Shown here: positions 50,562-61,409 of the stretch, piece by piece
Position numbering within the stretch: the first letter of the stretch is position 1
Layout of the letters: each line of letters starts with the position of its first letter
Assembly (NCBI GenBank): GCA_965198175.1
Contig: OZ240245.1
Coordinates: 1,600,001-1,664,000, forward strand
DNA: 64,000 nucleotides
Direction of reading: 5' to 3'
Source: Candidatus Poribacteria bacterium
GTDB lineage: Bacteria; Poribacteria; WGA-4E; PCPOR2b
Notes under the pieces: model-generated
The model's database searches: none
Told to the model about the DNA's origin: nothing
Seen by the model: the letters and a program-made list of their open reading frames with translations, nothing else
Program-made: the position numbers and the translations under genes

Positions 50562-51560
50562 TTAGAGCCAACGATTTTCTAGATACCAGTCCGCGGTTTC
50601 CTGAATGCCCTTTTGAAGCGGATATGCCGTGGCAAAGCCAATCTGCTGTTGCGCCTTTGTACTATCACAAATCCAGAATCGTTGCTTGAGTTCTCGCATT
50701 TTTTGCCGATTCAAAGTCGGGGTTTGGTGCATTACTCTAGCTACGGTTTCTGTACAGATTGACATCAAATCCAAGAGTACAAAGGGTACTTTCAGTCTGA
50801 AAGGGCATTTCTTTAACGCGTAAGCTATTGTACTTCCAACGTCCATCCATGAATGCAGCTCGCCATCCGTTAGGAAATAAGCTTCGCCGATAGCAAGATT
50901 GGACACAGCAGCAGCGTAGATTCCGGCTACTAGGTCCTTGACATACACCAAACTCAGCAGCCTCTCCTCGTCGCCGAGGATTGGCATCAGCCCTCTATCA
51001 ACAAGCTGGAAATAGAGAAAAATATCTGTATCCCTTGGACCATAGACAGCCGGTGGACGAATGATGGTAATCGGCAAACAATTAGCATATTCGTTTGTTA
51101 CAATTTCACCTTTGAGCTTGCTTCTACCGTAGTCTGTCAACGGTTGTGGGGAAGCGTCTTCAGTCATTGGTGTTGCGGAAGGACACGGCCCCATTGCAGC
51201 AAGGCTGCTACAGTAAACGAATCGGTCCAAATGAGCATTCGTTTGTAGACAAGCTTTAATTAGGTTCTTTGTTCCTTGTACATTGACGTGATCGTAAGTA
51301 GCAGCGTCGGGCGCTTTGGTCAATCCTGCAAGATGAAAAACGAGGTTTGTATCTTGGACCAATTGAGCGAGTGTATCATAATCGCCAATATCCGCCGTAA
51401 CCAATTCAATCGGGACAATTTCCGCATCCATCAGATGGCTGAGCCAGCGTAAGTCGCTCGTTTTGCGGACAAGGCAGGTTACGTGATAACCTTGATTGAC
51501 GAGAAACTCCACGAGATAGCTACCAATGAAACCTGTGCTGCCAGTAACGAAAGCTTTCAT
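50562..51560 (-). CDS. NAD-dependent epimerase/dehydratase (extended SDR)
   Basis: TGSTGFIG, HLAG, SSLAA, YGRSK, RPPAVYGP. Confidence 0.92.
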   Translation of the reverse strand: MKAFVTGSTGFIGSYLVEFLVNQGYHVTCLVRKTSDLRWLSHLMDAEIVPIELVTADIGDYDTLAQLVQDTNLVFHLAGLTKAPDAATYDHVNVQGTKNLIKACLQTNAHLDRFVYCSSLAAMGPCPSATPMTEDASPQPLTDYGRSKLKGEIVTNEYANCLPITIIRPPAVYGPRDTDIFLYFQLVDRGLMPILGDEERLLSLVYVKDLVAGIYAAAVSNLAIGEAYFLTDGELHSWMDVGSTIAYALKKCPFRLKVPFVLLDLMSICTETVARVMHQTPTLNRQKMRELKQRFWICDSTKAQQQIGFATAYPLQKGIQETADWYLENRWL

Positions 51561-51600
51561 ACAAAAAAACGGGATTGAACGCAGTGCTCAGTATACGAAA

Positions 51601-52647
51601 CTATTTGACTTTTCCCTGCTTCAAGTCCTTTGCCAATTGTGATACCAAAACGGTTCCTCCGATGGCGACAGCAAAATAAGTTGTGAAGAAACGTGTCAAT
51701 AGTGCGTATAGTCCAACCGCATCGGGTTTAATCAGGTTTTTCATTAGAACGACTGTAAGAAATTCAGCGATTCCACTTGCACCCGGACTTGGTGCAAACA
51801 ATGTTGAAAAGTGTAGTATTGCTTGTGCGGCAATTACGTCCCAAAACAGCGCGTTTCCGCCTAACACCTGAACAATAATATATCCGCCTACAAATCGGTT
51901 TATGTATATGCCACCCGAAAGGATAAGACTCAAAACAAAGACTCCCTTGTGGTTGGCGATAAACATGTTGGTAAACGCTTTGTGTTCCCCAATTAATTTT
52001 TCGAGCGATAGAGCCAAACGATTCAACACCTTCGCAGGAAAGCAAGAGCCGCGACGATTCATCAACCGAATTCTCGTCAACGGAAACAGCAGTACGCCGG
52101 GCTTGATGACCATGACGAACAAGAACAAGAGCACAAGGGCAAACATCACTAGACTATATTGGCCGATAATGGCGAATCCCTTGGGCAAGAAATGGGGAGT
52201 CTGCCAGACGGCGTATCCCGCCGAGCAAATCAGAAACATCAGTGTACCGATAAAGCTGATGATGCCTAGCGTCATACAACCCGATAGTGGTACCCCGCTA
52301 CGGTTGAAAATGTAGATGTATCCGACTCCCCCGATCTGAAACGGCGTGATCCCACCCACGCAAAGTGTTGCTAAGGTAGCGCGGATGCTGTCAAAGAAGG
52401 TCACTTGTGGTGACATCTTTCGCACAAAAATGTAGAAGCGTGTGGCGCCACATAGCCAATCTGAGAGCATGCAGAGCAGTGCAATAAATAAGAACCTCCC
52501 GCGTATCGAACTCAGTATGCTGCCTATATTCTTCGTGTCTCCCAACAAAAAACTGACGTACAAGCCAATAAGGGTGCAGAGTATAAAAAACAGAAATCCA
52601 CGAATAATATTCTTTCGGTTCAGTGACTGACTCAAGAACTCATGCAT
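51601..52647 (-). CDS. Lysylphosphatidylglycerol-synthase TM / flippase-like (UPF0104) membrane protein
   Basis: About 8 TMs; ITPFQIGG and PSPGASGIAE motifs. Confidence 0.8.
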   Translation of the reverse strand: MHEFLSQSLNRKNIIRGFLFFILCTLIGLYVSFLLGDTKNIGSILSSIRGRFLFIALLCMLSDWLCGATRFYIFVRKMSPQVTFFDSIRATLATLCVGGITPFQIGGVGYIYIFNRSGVPLSGCMTLGIISFIGTLMFLICSAGYAVWQTPHFLPKGFAIIGQYSLVMFALVLLFLFVMVIKPGVLLFPLTRIRLMNRRGSCFPAKVLNRLALSLEKLIGEHKAFTNMFIANHKGVFVLSLILSGGIYINRFVGGYIIVQVLGGNALFWDVIAAQAILHFSTLFAPSPGASGIAEFLTVVLMKNLIKPDAVGLYALLTRFFTTYFAVAIGGTVLVSQLAKDLKQGKVK

Positions 52648-52696
52648 CGGTATTTAGTTCGATACTATCCTAACTCGAGCTTTAATCCTAATCACT

Positions 52697-53536
52697 TCAG
52701 ATTAACCTTAAATCCAAACTGATATCTAATGGCATCGCCGAATGCGTTAACGCCCCGACAGAGATCAGATCTACTCCCGTTTCAGCAACAGCGTCGACCT
52801 TGTCTAGCGTTATATTCCCCGATGCTTCTATAAGGACTCGACCAGCGATTTTCTCGACCGTAGTTCTCATGAGCTCCACCGGCATGTTATCAAGCAATAA
52901 AATGTCAACTCCTGCACGCAGGGCTTCTTCAACTTGATCCGGCGTCTCGACTTCAACCTCGATTTTCAAGGTGTGAGGGACTGTTAATTTTGCCCTCTTC
53001 ACGGCTTTGGCGACACTCTCAGCTGCGATGATGTGATTGTCCTTGATGAGGAGCCCGTCAAATAGCCCAAAACGATGGTTGTGTCCACCACCCATACAGA
53101 CGGCATACTTCTGGATGGCTCGCCAACCAGCGGTGGTCTTGCGCGTATCCGTAATCTGGACATCGTATTTCGCAGCTAGAGCAACAAACTGTGCGGTCAG
53201 TGTTGCAGTTCCTGAAAGACGTTGCAAAAAGTTGATGGCAATACGTTCACCGGTGAGGATGGAATTCACGTGCCCCTTTACTTCAGCGATTGGAGTCATC
53301 TTCCTGACCCTATCGCTATCGGAAACAAGGTTCCGAAAGTCAAGTGACGAATCAATCTTTTGAAAAACGCGTCGAGCCACCGGAAGTCCAGCAATCACAC
53401 CGTGGTCCTCGACAATAATTACACCATCCCCTTTTTGCGTAGGGGAAACTGTGGACTCGGTGGTTATATCGCCAGTTCCAATGTCCTCCGCGAGCGCAAG
53501 CTCAATGAGTGGATCTATGGAACGAAAGTCTAGCAT
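52697..53536 (-). CDS. nadC: Quinolinate phosphoribosyltransferase
   Basis: EDIGTGDITT, ERIAINFLQRLSG, DTRKT, HRFGL, IKDNH, EVEVE, LDNM, EASG. Confidence 0.97.
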   Translation of the reverse strand: MLDFRSIDPLIELALAEDIGTGDITTESTVSPTQKGDGVIIVEDHGVIAGLPVARRVFQKIDSSLDFRNLVSDSDRVRKMTPIAEVKGHVNSILTGERIAINFLQRLSGTATLTAQFVALAAKYDVQITDTRKTTAGWRAIQKYAVCMGGGHNHRFGLFDGLLIKDNHIIAAESVAKAVKRAKLTVPHTLKIEVEVETPDQVEEALRAGVDILLLDNMPVELMRTTVEKIAGRVLIEASGNITLDKVDAVAETGVDLISVGALTHSAMPLDISLDLRLI

Positions 53537-53749
53537 TTTGGATATCAGATATTAGACTATTGCCGCCGTATCACTTGGTCAAATAGGAATCCCCTTCAAC
53601 CGCCCAACTATTGCCAAATGGCGAAATCCCTTTGGGCAACTCAACAGTCTTCTCCTTTTGTCCCATTCTATATATTTTTTTTCGGCATAAGTCTAGTATG
53701 TGTACAAGTGGTGGCGCGTGTCGTGGAAGTGAGTATGTTTAAGATCGCG

Positions 53750-54826
53750 TTAAAAGGCCATACCTATGGCGTAATCATCACAGCACAGCAGTCACCCAAA
53801 TCAGGAGAACCAAAGGTACGCCGATTCGTAGGTAATGGCTATAGTGGTAACCTCCCGGGCCCGTAAACCATCAGGTTTGTCTGACTAACCGAGAGGAGTA
53901 GCAAAGCCCCCTAAAGCAGCCACCATAATTACCATCGCAAACAGGCATCAAATTCAAATGGATGAATTTGGCTGTTGACCATGAGCAGCAGCTAGTGAGA
54001 AGCATCAATCCTACAGCAAGCAGTGCTGCATTGAGCATGCTCAACCATCCGAAGGTTACGACAAGAATCATTCCAGTCAGAAGTGCTAGCGCCACCCAAG
54101 TACGGATGTGACACGGAGGATTAGAATTCTCAACTTGGCTGACGAGAAAATAATCGCGAGAGTTTCGTAGTTGCGCTTCGAATGATGGAGAAGTTTTCAA
54201 CAAAAGCGTGTCACCGGGATGTAAAATGATGTCGCCAACTTTCTTACGGAGACGTTCACCGTTGCGAGCTACTGCAATCACTACAGCGTTATAAACCGTC
54301 CGGAACCGACCTTCGTGGATGGTTTTGTCAACGAGCGGGCAAGTGTTGGAAACAACCGCTCCAATGAGACAATGCTGTGTTCTCGGACTGTCGAGTTTGA
54401 AGATTTGATCTTTAGCTGGCGTCAACCCATGTATCTTTTGTAAATCTTTCACCGATTCTACAATGCCGACGAAGATTAGGTGGTCGTGCGCCTGTACGCG
54501 CTCGTGGGGCGAAAAAGCCGCCAAGGACTTGGTCTCCTTGGTCAATTTCTATAAGGTACAGCCCTGGCATGTGTCACAGACCTGCCTTGCCTGTTCGATA
54601 GTCTGTCCAACTAACGAACTACCTGCATCCACTAGAATTTTTACGGTGTATTCCCTTGGGGTCTCCATTAGGTGAATCGCTGCACGTTGCTCTGGCAGTA
54701 ACCATCGACTGAATACCAACATGTACGCCAAACCCACTATAGCACCAGGCACTCCAATAATGCAATAATCAACCTTACAACGCCCAGCGTTCCCCACGCT
54801 TGCCGACCCAATGCCTCTCCGCACAT
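53750..54826 (-). pseudogene. Decayed SLC13/CitMHS-type permease with TrkA-C domains
   Basis: Fragments in several frames: N-terminal QAWGTLGVV, ...LLPE...REYTV, GL*HMPGLYLIEI, FRTVYNAVVIAVARNG, GDTLLL, FATPLG/QTNLMVYGP.GY, VWPF; frameshifts, stops and internal deletions. Confidence 0.85.
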
Positions 54827-55060
54827 GCACAATTCTCCTCAGAGTCCCGGTTCACCCAACTGACCGTGTTACTATGATACTGTCGATTTTAGAGAAAGTG
54901 TTTAGGTAAGAATTTGTCAACACCCTCTTCACCCGATTATGCCAACAAAGGATAGCATCTGATCGGATGCTTGTCAAGAGTTTTTACAGACTGATAGAAT
55001 GACAGCCGTTCAAGAACAGAAAGCGGGCAAAAGGCTATTTCAGGAATTCAGAGAAAGAGC

Positions 55061-55089
55061 TTGCCCTTTTTTCGTAGCCTGACTATAAT
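55061..55089 (+). promoter_or_regulatory. Possible sigma70 promoter
   Basis: TTGCCC, 17 bp, TATAAT (55084-55089). Confidence 0.4.
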
Positions 55090-55240
55090 GTAGAACCACA
55101 ATCGCGCACAAGCACAATGTAAGGCAGAACAGGGCTACAGCGAGACAACGTAGGTGAGCACTTTGTTCAGGAGAGAGTTTTTTTCCGTAGTTAATTTCGC
55201 TTCAAACCTTGTCCTATGACGCAAAATCGTTGGCGTGGGT

Positions 55241-55501
55241 TTACCCCCTGATGAAATCCATGCCGAAACAGAGAACGGGCAAGACGACGCGTTTCCCTTC
55301 CAGTTTACGTAATCCTTTAATGTAGGTTTTCCAAACAGGATTCGACTGATCGAACGGTCTTTCGGCTGTCAAATTGATACTCCTGGAAAATGTGGTGTAA
55401 TTGAACAGAATATCATCCAGATTTCGCCGAAATCTCTTAGCGAGCTTATGCGCACAGGATAGTTGAAGCGCAAAGAAATCTTTGGAATAGGGCATGGGCA
55501 T
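55241..55501 (-). CDS. Short hypothetical protein, possibly a truncated remnant
   Basis: 86-aa ORF with GGAGG just upstream and protein-like composition; no family recognised. Confidence 0.35.
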   Translation of the reverse strand: MPMPYSKDFFALQLSCAHKLAKRFRRNLDDILFNYTTFSRSINLTAERPFDQSNPVWKTYIKGLRKLEGKRVVLPVLCFGMDFIRG

Positions 55502-55555
55502 CCTCCGAAAGTTTGATTTTTACTACACTCACACTTTATCTAATTTACGAAGGAA

Positions 55556-56827
55556 TTGACAGTGGAGGAAGTATATCAGGCAATTGAACAAGGTCGTGGA
55601 AGGTTATGCAATCTTCTAAAGGAGTTGGTAGCTGTGGATACAACTAACCCACCGGGCAGACATTTCGCGGAAATGGTCGATCTGCTCAAAAAGCGGTGCG
55701 AGGGGCTTGGTCTTCAAACAATGGTTTCTACAGTGCCTGTATCAGAGACGCTTAGTGTTGTGCCCCATGCGAGTGCTTATCCGCGCCTGAACTTAATTGC
55801 CCGATGGGATGTCGGCGCGGAAAAGACGATTCATTTCAACGCCCACTACGATGTCGTTCCAGTTTCTGGGAATTGGCGGTTTCCGCCGTTTGCGCCTGAA
55901 ATCGAAGATGATTGGCTCTACGGTAGAGGCGCCGACGACATGAAGGATTCGATTGCTGCCTTGTTTTTTGCGATTTCTGCCATTCGGGAGAACAATCTTC
56001 GCCCCGCCTTCAATATTGAATGTTCGTTCACCTGCGATGAGGAAATCGGTGGGGAACTCGGCGCAGGTTATGTGGTTCGAAATCGGATGGTTCAAGCGGA
56101 TTATGTCGTCAACTGCGAAGGGGGTTCCCTCTTGAATGTCGGTGTCGGTCACAACGGCGTCGTTTGGCTGGAGGTAACGGTTCACGGAGTGGCAGCACAC
56201 GCGTCACAGCCAGATAAAGGTGTGAATGCGTTTGAAAAGATGGTATCGCTCGTTTCTGCACTTCAACCCCTAAAAGAGCGTCTAGCTCCACCTGATCGCG
56301 TTTTCGAAACCGATTCGGGACAGCAACGGCGTCCGACGATTAGTGTCGGCGGCACCTTTCGTGGGACCGAGGGGGATAAAGTGAATACGGTTCCAGCACG
56401 AGCCACCTTCTCCATTGACCGACGCGTTGTTCCCACGGAAAGCCCCGAAGATGTTGAACAAGAGATTCGGGAAGTTATCAAGGAGATTTGCATCGCGGAT
56501 TCGGAGATAAGGGTGGATGTCAATACAATCCTCTCTATTGCACCTTGCATCGTAGATGCGGGGCACCCATTCGTGCAAGCCTTCGGCGAAGCCGTGCGAG
56601 CTGTTCGCAAACAACCCGCTAGCTTCAGTATCACAAGCGGATTCACGGATCTTCACTTTTTCGTCGTGGGTGGTGGTCTACCAGGAGTAGGGTACGGCGT
56701 TGACGGTGAAGGTGCTCACAGCGTTGATGAACGAGTGAGTATTCCAGATCTGGTTGCAGTTGCGAAAATATATGCGACCCTCATGATGAAGCCACACACG
56801 TCTATGCACACTCTATCAAGCTCATGA
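55556..56827 (+). CDS. M20 family metallohydrolase (ArgE/DapE-like)
   Basis: HFNAHYDVVP, YGRGADDMK, DEEIGG, HASQPDKGVNA, AHSVDE. Confidence 0.93.
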   Translation: MTVEEVYQAIEQGRGRLCNLLKELVAVDTTNPPGRHFAEMVDLLKKRCEGLGLQTMVSTVPVSETLSVVPHASAYPRLNLIARWDVGAEKTIHFNAHYDVVPVSGNWRFPPFAPEIEDDWLYGRGADDMKDSIAALFFAISAIRENNLRPAFNIECSFTCDEEIGGELGAGYVVRNRMVQADYVVNCEGGSLLNVGVGHNGVVWLEVTVHGVAAHASQPDKGVNAFEKMVSLVSALQPLKERLAPPDRVFETDSGQQRRPTISVGGTFRGTEGDKVNTVPARATFSIDRRVVPTESPEDVEQEIREVIKEICIADSEIRVDVNTILSIAPCIVDAGHPFVQAFGEAVRAVRKQPASFSITSGFTDLHFFVVGGGLPGVGYGVDGEGAHSVDERVSIPDLVAVAKIYATLMMKPHTSMHTLSSS

Positions 56828-56972
56828 GATTGACCATCAATCTAGTTGAGTTGCGCTCGACTGCATGCGCTATGCGCGGCAATCGCTTCGACCGGACGCC
56901 GATGCAACTTCGCCTTTTGACCAACCAAGACAATAAACCCTGAGATAACTGCCTATTCTACAAGTAGCGACA

Positions 56973-59072
56973 TCAATCGGATTTGGTCTTGGACTGTATG
57001 CCAATTCTGCTTGTGTCAATAGGTTGAAATCCGAGCTTAAATGCCGGTGAATCTGGATGCAAGTTGAAGTTTTCGTTTTCTGGTTCTATCAACATTGGAT
57101 CGGCAATCACCGAAGTAGTGTCGTAACCCATTTTTTGCCATTCATCGAAGGTATACACTACCATGGGTCTTTCCATCCAAGTTTCTCCTATCTGATAATT
57201 CTCATGTGTCATGTAGTACACATTTCCCTCTGACTCAGCGATGCGCTTCTCGTTGAGGAGATCGAACTCTTTGTCGTCGGTGTACAGCCACCAGAGATTT
57301 CCTTTACCTGACTGATAGACGTTGTTCCGGGCGCGATTACCTACACAGAAGCCCCACATCTCCTTGGCACTTTCCTCAGGACGATGAGTCAAATCATTGG
57401 CCATGTAGACCATACACGCATTATCATAGAAGATATTATTCTCTATCAGGTTGTTTTTACCACCGTGGATGGTCACGCCATTCCACACGTGAGAAAAAAT
57501 GTTGCCGTATACCAGGCAATTGCTCGCCCAGTCATCCAAATAGAACCCCTGCACAGTGTCCGCGATGAAATTGAATCGCAGAATGTGCCCTGCGCGATCT
57601 GTTCTGTTGAGGACATAAACGCGGCCATCCTCGCCGATTTCATAGGGATCCATCCACATATTGACAGCCCCTGTGTCATGCAGGACTAAGCAGGTACGGC
57701 GGATGTCGTTGTATTCTAACAGATTGCGGCCATAGCCGTTAGTGGCAAGGTTTACACCGTGATGCGGAACGTCATGGATTTCATTATGGGCAATCCAATT
57801 ACCATTGCTTAGGCCCGCAAAAACAGCGGCTGTGTAATGTAAGATACATCCCGTCCGGTCGAAGTGGTTATTAACGACGTGGTTGGACATGGGATGCGCC
57901 TCGGAGGTTCCTATCAGGGCTACGCCATTGGCGCCAATATAGTTGAATTCGTTGCATCGAATCTGGTTCTTTAAGTTATAACCTTCCAAGTAAACCGCAT
58001 TGCCGCCCAAGGCATAGAAACGGCTATCCTCAATAACGCAATACGATGCGTCCTTCAGGTGAATCGCCTCACCACAGTAGTCCCAGCCTTCGACCGGAAA
58101 CATTGCCCCGTACCCATCGAGACCAGCACGATGATAATTGTCGCCGCTGGTGGTTTCGGTAAATGTAAAACCAGAAAGTGTAACGTACGAGGCACCCTGA
58201 ATATCGACCAAATTGTTGAGTCGTGGCAGCACTACGTCACTCTCCGGCGTCAGTGCCGAGGGCGGCCAGAAATAGACAATCTCATCTTCAGTATCAAGAC
58301 ACCACTCGCTAGGTGTATCTAACTCCTCCAGGATGTTCTCCATCACGAACGGAGCGTCACGCTCGCCTCGTTTTCGAAATGGCATGTGTCGATAACGGAC
58401 AAAATTGTCGTTCTCGCTATGCCACGTGCGGTGTTGCAATTGTACGATGCTATTCTCACGGTCCACCGACGCGACAGAGACAACGTTTGTGCTCCAGCCG
58501 CCCGCAACCGTGACAAGCGCTTCTGCCAGATGGGGTTTCTTCCACGCACGAGGAAACGCGCCCTGAACGTATTCAAAAGAAGTATCGCTCTCAGGTTCTG
58601 CCGCATCTTCAATGTTCAGATACGCACCAATGATTGGGTTTACTTCCGCGTCGAAATTGGGCAGGCGCGCTCGAACCTGCAATTTGCCGTTATACGTTAA
58701 CTGGCGGCTCTTGCTGACGCTCCAACTGCCGGGCGGGAGTTTCGCCTTAAAAATACTATCTTGATGTCGTTCCCAGCCGGTGAGTTTCAAACCACCGCTG
58801 ATAACGACCTCTTCGCCCGGATGGCTCGTATAGATAACCGGAAACTCTCGACCGCCACTGTCCCGGTCGGTCAAAACCAATGGGCTGTCCAGAAAATACT
58901 TCCCCCCTCGCACCATGACGGTGATGGGCGTGGTCAATCCGTTGTCTTGTTTTAGCTTACGCACTACATCACGCGCGCGATGCAGCGTCGCAAAAGGTTT
59001 TTTCCGCGTACCCGGATTAGTATCGTCCCCGTCCACTGCGACGTAGAACTCCTTCTTGCTCATCTCCTGCAT
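56973..59072 (-). CDS. Right-handed parallel beta-helix protein (putative carbohydrate-active, GH141-like)
   Basis: FYVAVDGDDTNPGT..KPFATL.RARD, VRGGKY, ENILEELD.P.EW, YLDD..SN, F.L.PDSPAFKLGF.PID; start after GAAAGG. Confidence 0.85.
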   Translation of the reverse strand: MQEMSKKEFYVAVDGDDTNPGTRKKPFATLHRARDVVRKLKQDNGLTTPITVMVRGGKYFLDSPLVLTDRDSGGREFPVIYTSHPGEEVVISGGLKLTGWERHQDSIFKAKLPPGSWSVSKSRQLTYNGKLQVRARLPNFDAEVNPIIGAYLNIEDAAEPESDTSFEYVQGAFPRAWKKPHLAEALVTVAGGWSTNVVSVASVDRENSIVQLQHRTWHSENDNFVRYRHMPFRKRGERDAPFVMENILEELDTPSEWCLDTEDEIVYFWPPSALTPESDVVLPRLNNLVDIQGASYVTLSGFTFTETTSGDNYHRAGLDGYGAMFPVEGWDYCGEAIHLKDASYCVIEDSRFYALGGNAVYLEGYNLKNQIRCNEFNYIGANGVALIGTSEAHPMSNHVVNNHFDRTGCILHYTAAVFAGLSNGNWIAHNEIHDVPHHGVNLATNGYGRNLLEYNDIRRTCLVLHDTGAVNMWMDPYEIGEDGRVYVLNRTDRAGHILRFNFIADTVQGFYLDDWASNCLVYGNIFSHVWNGVTIHGGKNNLIENNIFYDNACMVYMANDLTHRPEESAKEMWGFCVGNRARNNVYQSGKGNLWWLYTDDKEFDLLNEKRIAESEGNVYYMTHENYQIGETWMERPMVVYTFDEWQKMGYDTTSVIADPMLIEPENENFNLHPDSPAFKLGFQPIDTSRIGIQSKTKSD

Positions 59073-59085
59073 TGAACCCAACCTT

Positions 59086-60009
59086 TCATGATTGCGTTGT
59101 GTAATTGTCGGCGTTATTGTGTCGCCAGTTTGGAATAAAACCTTCCGGTTCTCCAAACCCATAGGTTTTGCCAATTTGGTTCATGCTTGAACCTGAATAC
59201 GGCCATGCTTGGCCTCCGATTATCCGAAATTCATCCGCCTTGCCGCATAACCAATAGAACATATGCGCAATGTATCTGGCAACACCATGACTCCCATAGT
59301 CGGCGGTATGAAAGTCGAAGTTCGGTTCGACAATCCAATCTCTTTGTGGCGGTACTGTTCGCCAATAGTTGTATTTCAGCATATGCCTAACCCCTTTTCC
59401 AGTGGCTTCACCTCGGCGATGAAGAATCTGAAAAAAGTGGATGACAAAAGAACCGGCAGGGGCAGTGGTTGAAAGCCCTCTATCCCCCGCGTCACGGTGG
59501 GTAGGACGGATATGCGACCCTGGCACAATCTCTGTTGGCCCCATTTCCAATGGGGTATCCTGCGGATAGTAAAAGGCTTGGATAAACCGGACTTCAGGGC
59601 CAAATGCGTGGTCTGCATCATGATGCCATCCCTGCGCCGAACCTGGACATTCAGCGCGATGAAGACTCATCAGCACTGGCAATCCGACGTTTCTTCCGAG
59701 GAGTGACCGTACTACCCCCGTGACCTGTGGATTGAGAACAACATGCTCGACAAACCAATCCTCAAGAAAGATTGTGCTGGGTTCATGAGAATTACGAATC
59801 CGCTCTAAATCCTCATGTGTGAGCCCTTCGGGAATATAACTGGGTTCAGCCGGAATTTTTCCGTCCAGGTAATCACAAGTGCGTTGATTGATGTCATCAT
59901 TGACAACGCCTTCCAGAATTAGGAACCCATTTTTGCAAAATTCGAGCACCTGTGTGTCGGTCAGGGTGGGTTCGCAGTCAAATATTCTATTGATATTATC
60001 GTATTTCAT
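59086..60009 (-). CDS. Phytanoyl-CoA dioxygenase (PhyH) family Fe/2OG oxygenase, copy 1
   Basis: LTDTQVLEFCKNGFLILEGVV, WHHD, YYPQDTP..MGPT..VPGSH, ILHR. Confidence 0.9.
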   Translation of the reverse strand: MKYDNINRIFDCEPTLTDTQVLEFCKNGFLILEGVVNDDINQRTCDYLDGKIPAEPSYIPEGLTHEDLERIRNSHEPSTIFLEDWFVEHVVLNPQVTGVVRSLLGRNVGLPVLMSLHRAECPGSAQGWHHDADHAFGPEVRFIQAFYYPQDTPLEMGPTEIVPGSHIRPTHRDAGDRGLSTTAPAGSFVIHFFQILHRRGEATGKGVRHMLKYNYWRTVPPQRDWIVEPNFDFHTADYGSHGVARYIAHMFYWLCGKADEFRIIGGQAWPYSGSSMNQIGKTYGFGEPEGFIPNWRHNNADNYTTQS

Positions 60010-60231
60010 CGTGGAGAACCTCCATCCTTCTCACATACATGTGTGGCGATCTGTTAATAATCTGCTGTATTATAAAGGATATCCATCTGGCAATCCAATC
60101 ATTTCCCAACCTTTAAGCCGATATTTTATAACTAAATCCACCTTATTATCCGGCTCCTCCCCAATTGTTAGGACAGAAATCGGTTATAGACGTTCCTCCA
60201 TCACGATGAGAGAAGCTCTTAATGGACGACG

Positions 60232-60963
60232 CTAATCTCCAATCGTGACATCATCCTCATCCAATACCGGCATACCCTTGAAGCAGAGCAAGAGCTGCGC
60301 TACGGCGAGAACGTCCTTCTGGCAGTATCGGGTAATTCGATCCACATCATCCTGGTGCCAAAAGACCGCTCCTACCTCGCTCCCATCAATATCGTCCTTA
60401 GGGGTGGGTAGGCCAAAGAGAGAAGAGAGCAGGGCTAGAGAAGTGTAGTTCTTATAGTCCCCAAATTTCCACAGGTTCAGCGTATCTACAAAATTTGTCT
60501 CCCAAGGCTTTCGACCTGAAATATCCAATATCTTGGGAAGGATTAATCCATTTACCAGAGCCCTCCGACAGATATAAGGAACATCAAACTCCTTGATGTT
60601 ATGACCAGCCAAACCGATTTCCGGTGTATTGAAGTGCCGGTGGTTAAGCAACTCAAAGAACCCTTCCAGTATCGGTTTCTCCTCGCGACCTGAAAACGAT
60701 TTGATACGGAAGTTTAACTTGCCGGTATTTTTATCATCCAAGAAATAACCAACTGAGATGCAAACAATCTTCCCAAATTCCGCAAAGATGCCAGCCCGGT
60801 CGAAGAAATGGTCATGCGGCGTCACATCTTCCGGGCGATGTTTCGCCGCCTTCGACTCCCATGCGTCCTGCATCGCTTCCGGTAAAGATTCCAATTCCGG
60901 TACGACTGGAGCAGTCTCAATATCTATTACAAGCAGATTCTGTAGTACAACGTGATTAAGCAT
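60232..60963 (-). CDS. Stand-alone PolB-like 3'-5' exonuclease (DEDD)
   Basis: LVIDIET (ExoI), GHNIKEFDVPY (ExoII), YCQKDV (ExoIII), PTPKDDIDGS. Confidence 0.9.
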   Translation of the reverse strand: MLNHVVLQNLLVIDIETAPVVPELESLPEAMQDAWESKAAKHRPEDVTPHDHFFDRAGIFAEFGKIVCISVGYFLDDKNTGKLNFRIKSFSGREEKPILEGFFELLNHRHFNTPEIGLAGHNIKEFDVPYICRRALVNGLILPKILDISGRKPWETNFVDTLNLWKFGDYKNYTSLALLSSLFGLPTPKDDIDGSEVGAVFWHQDDVDRITRYCQKDVLAVAQLLLCFKGMPVLDEDDVTIGD

Positions 60964-61409
60964 ATTATACCATCTTATATTTCCCACCTACGACGGGTAA
61001 AATAGGTTAATAAAGGGACAGTTACGTGCATGTGGAGGTATGGAATGGCAACATTTGCCCTGCCACCAAGACCCAAAAAGGCGAATGGTACTTCACGTAT
61101 TCGGACCGCAAGCGGGATTCGGACGCCCGGTGGTTTCGGAATTCAGGATAGATCGATAATTGCCCCGAAAAACACTAATTTAGACAGCTTAGAGCTTTCC
61201 AGTCGCATGGCTAAGTTTCGTTCCAATCGTCTACAACCTGAATCTATCTCCAGGAAAAAGGCGCTTTATATCCTGTTTATCCTCATAATTACTAGGATTC
61301 GACGGCTACCTGTTTTAAGGCATAACCACCTGCAAGGATTTGGCGATATTTGGAAATACAGCGAAATGAACTATTGGAGCAAAAAGCCCTATTTGAGGCA
61401 AAGATTGAC

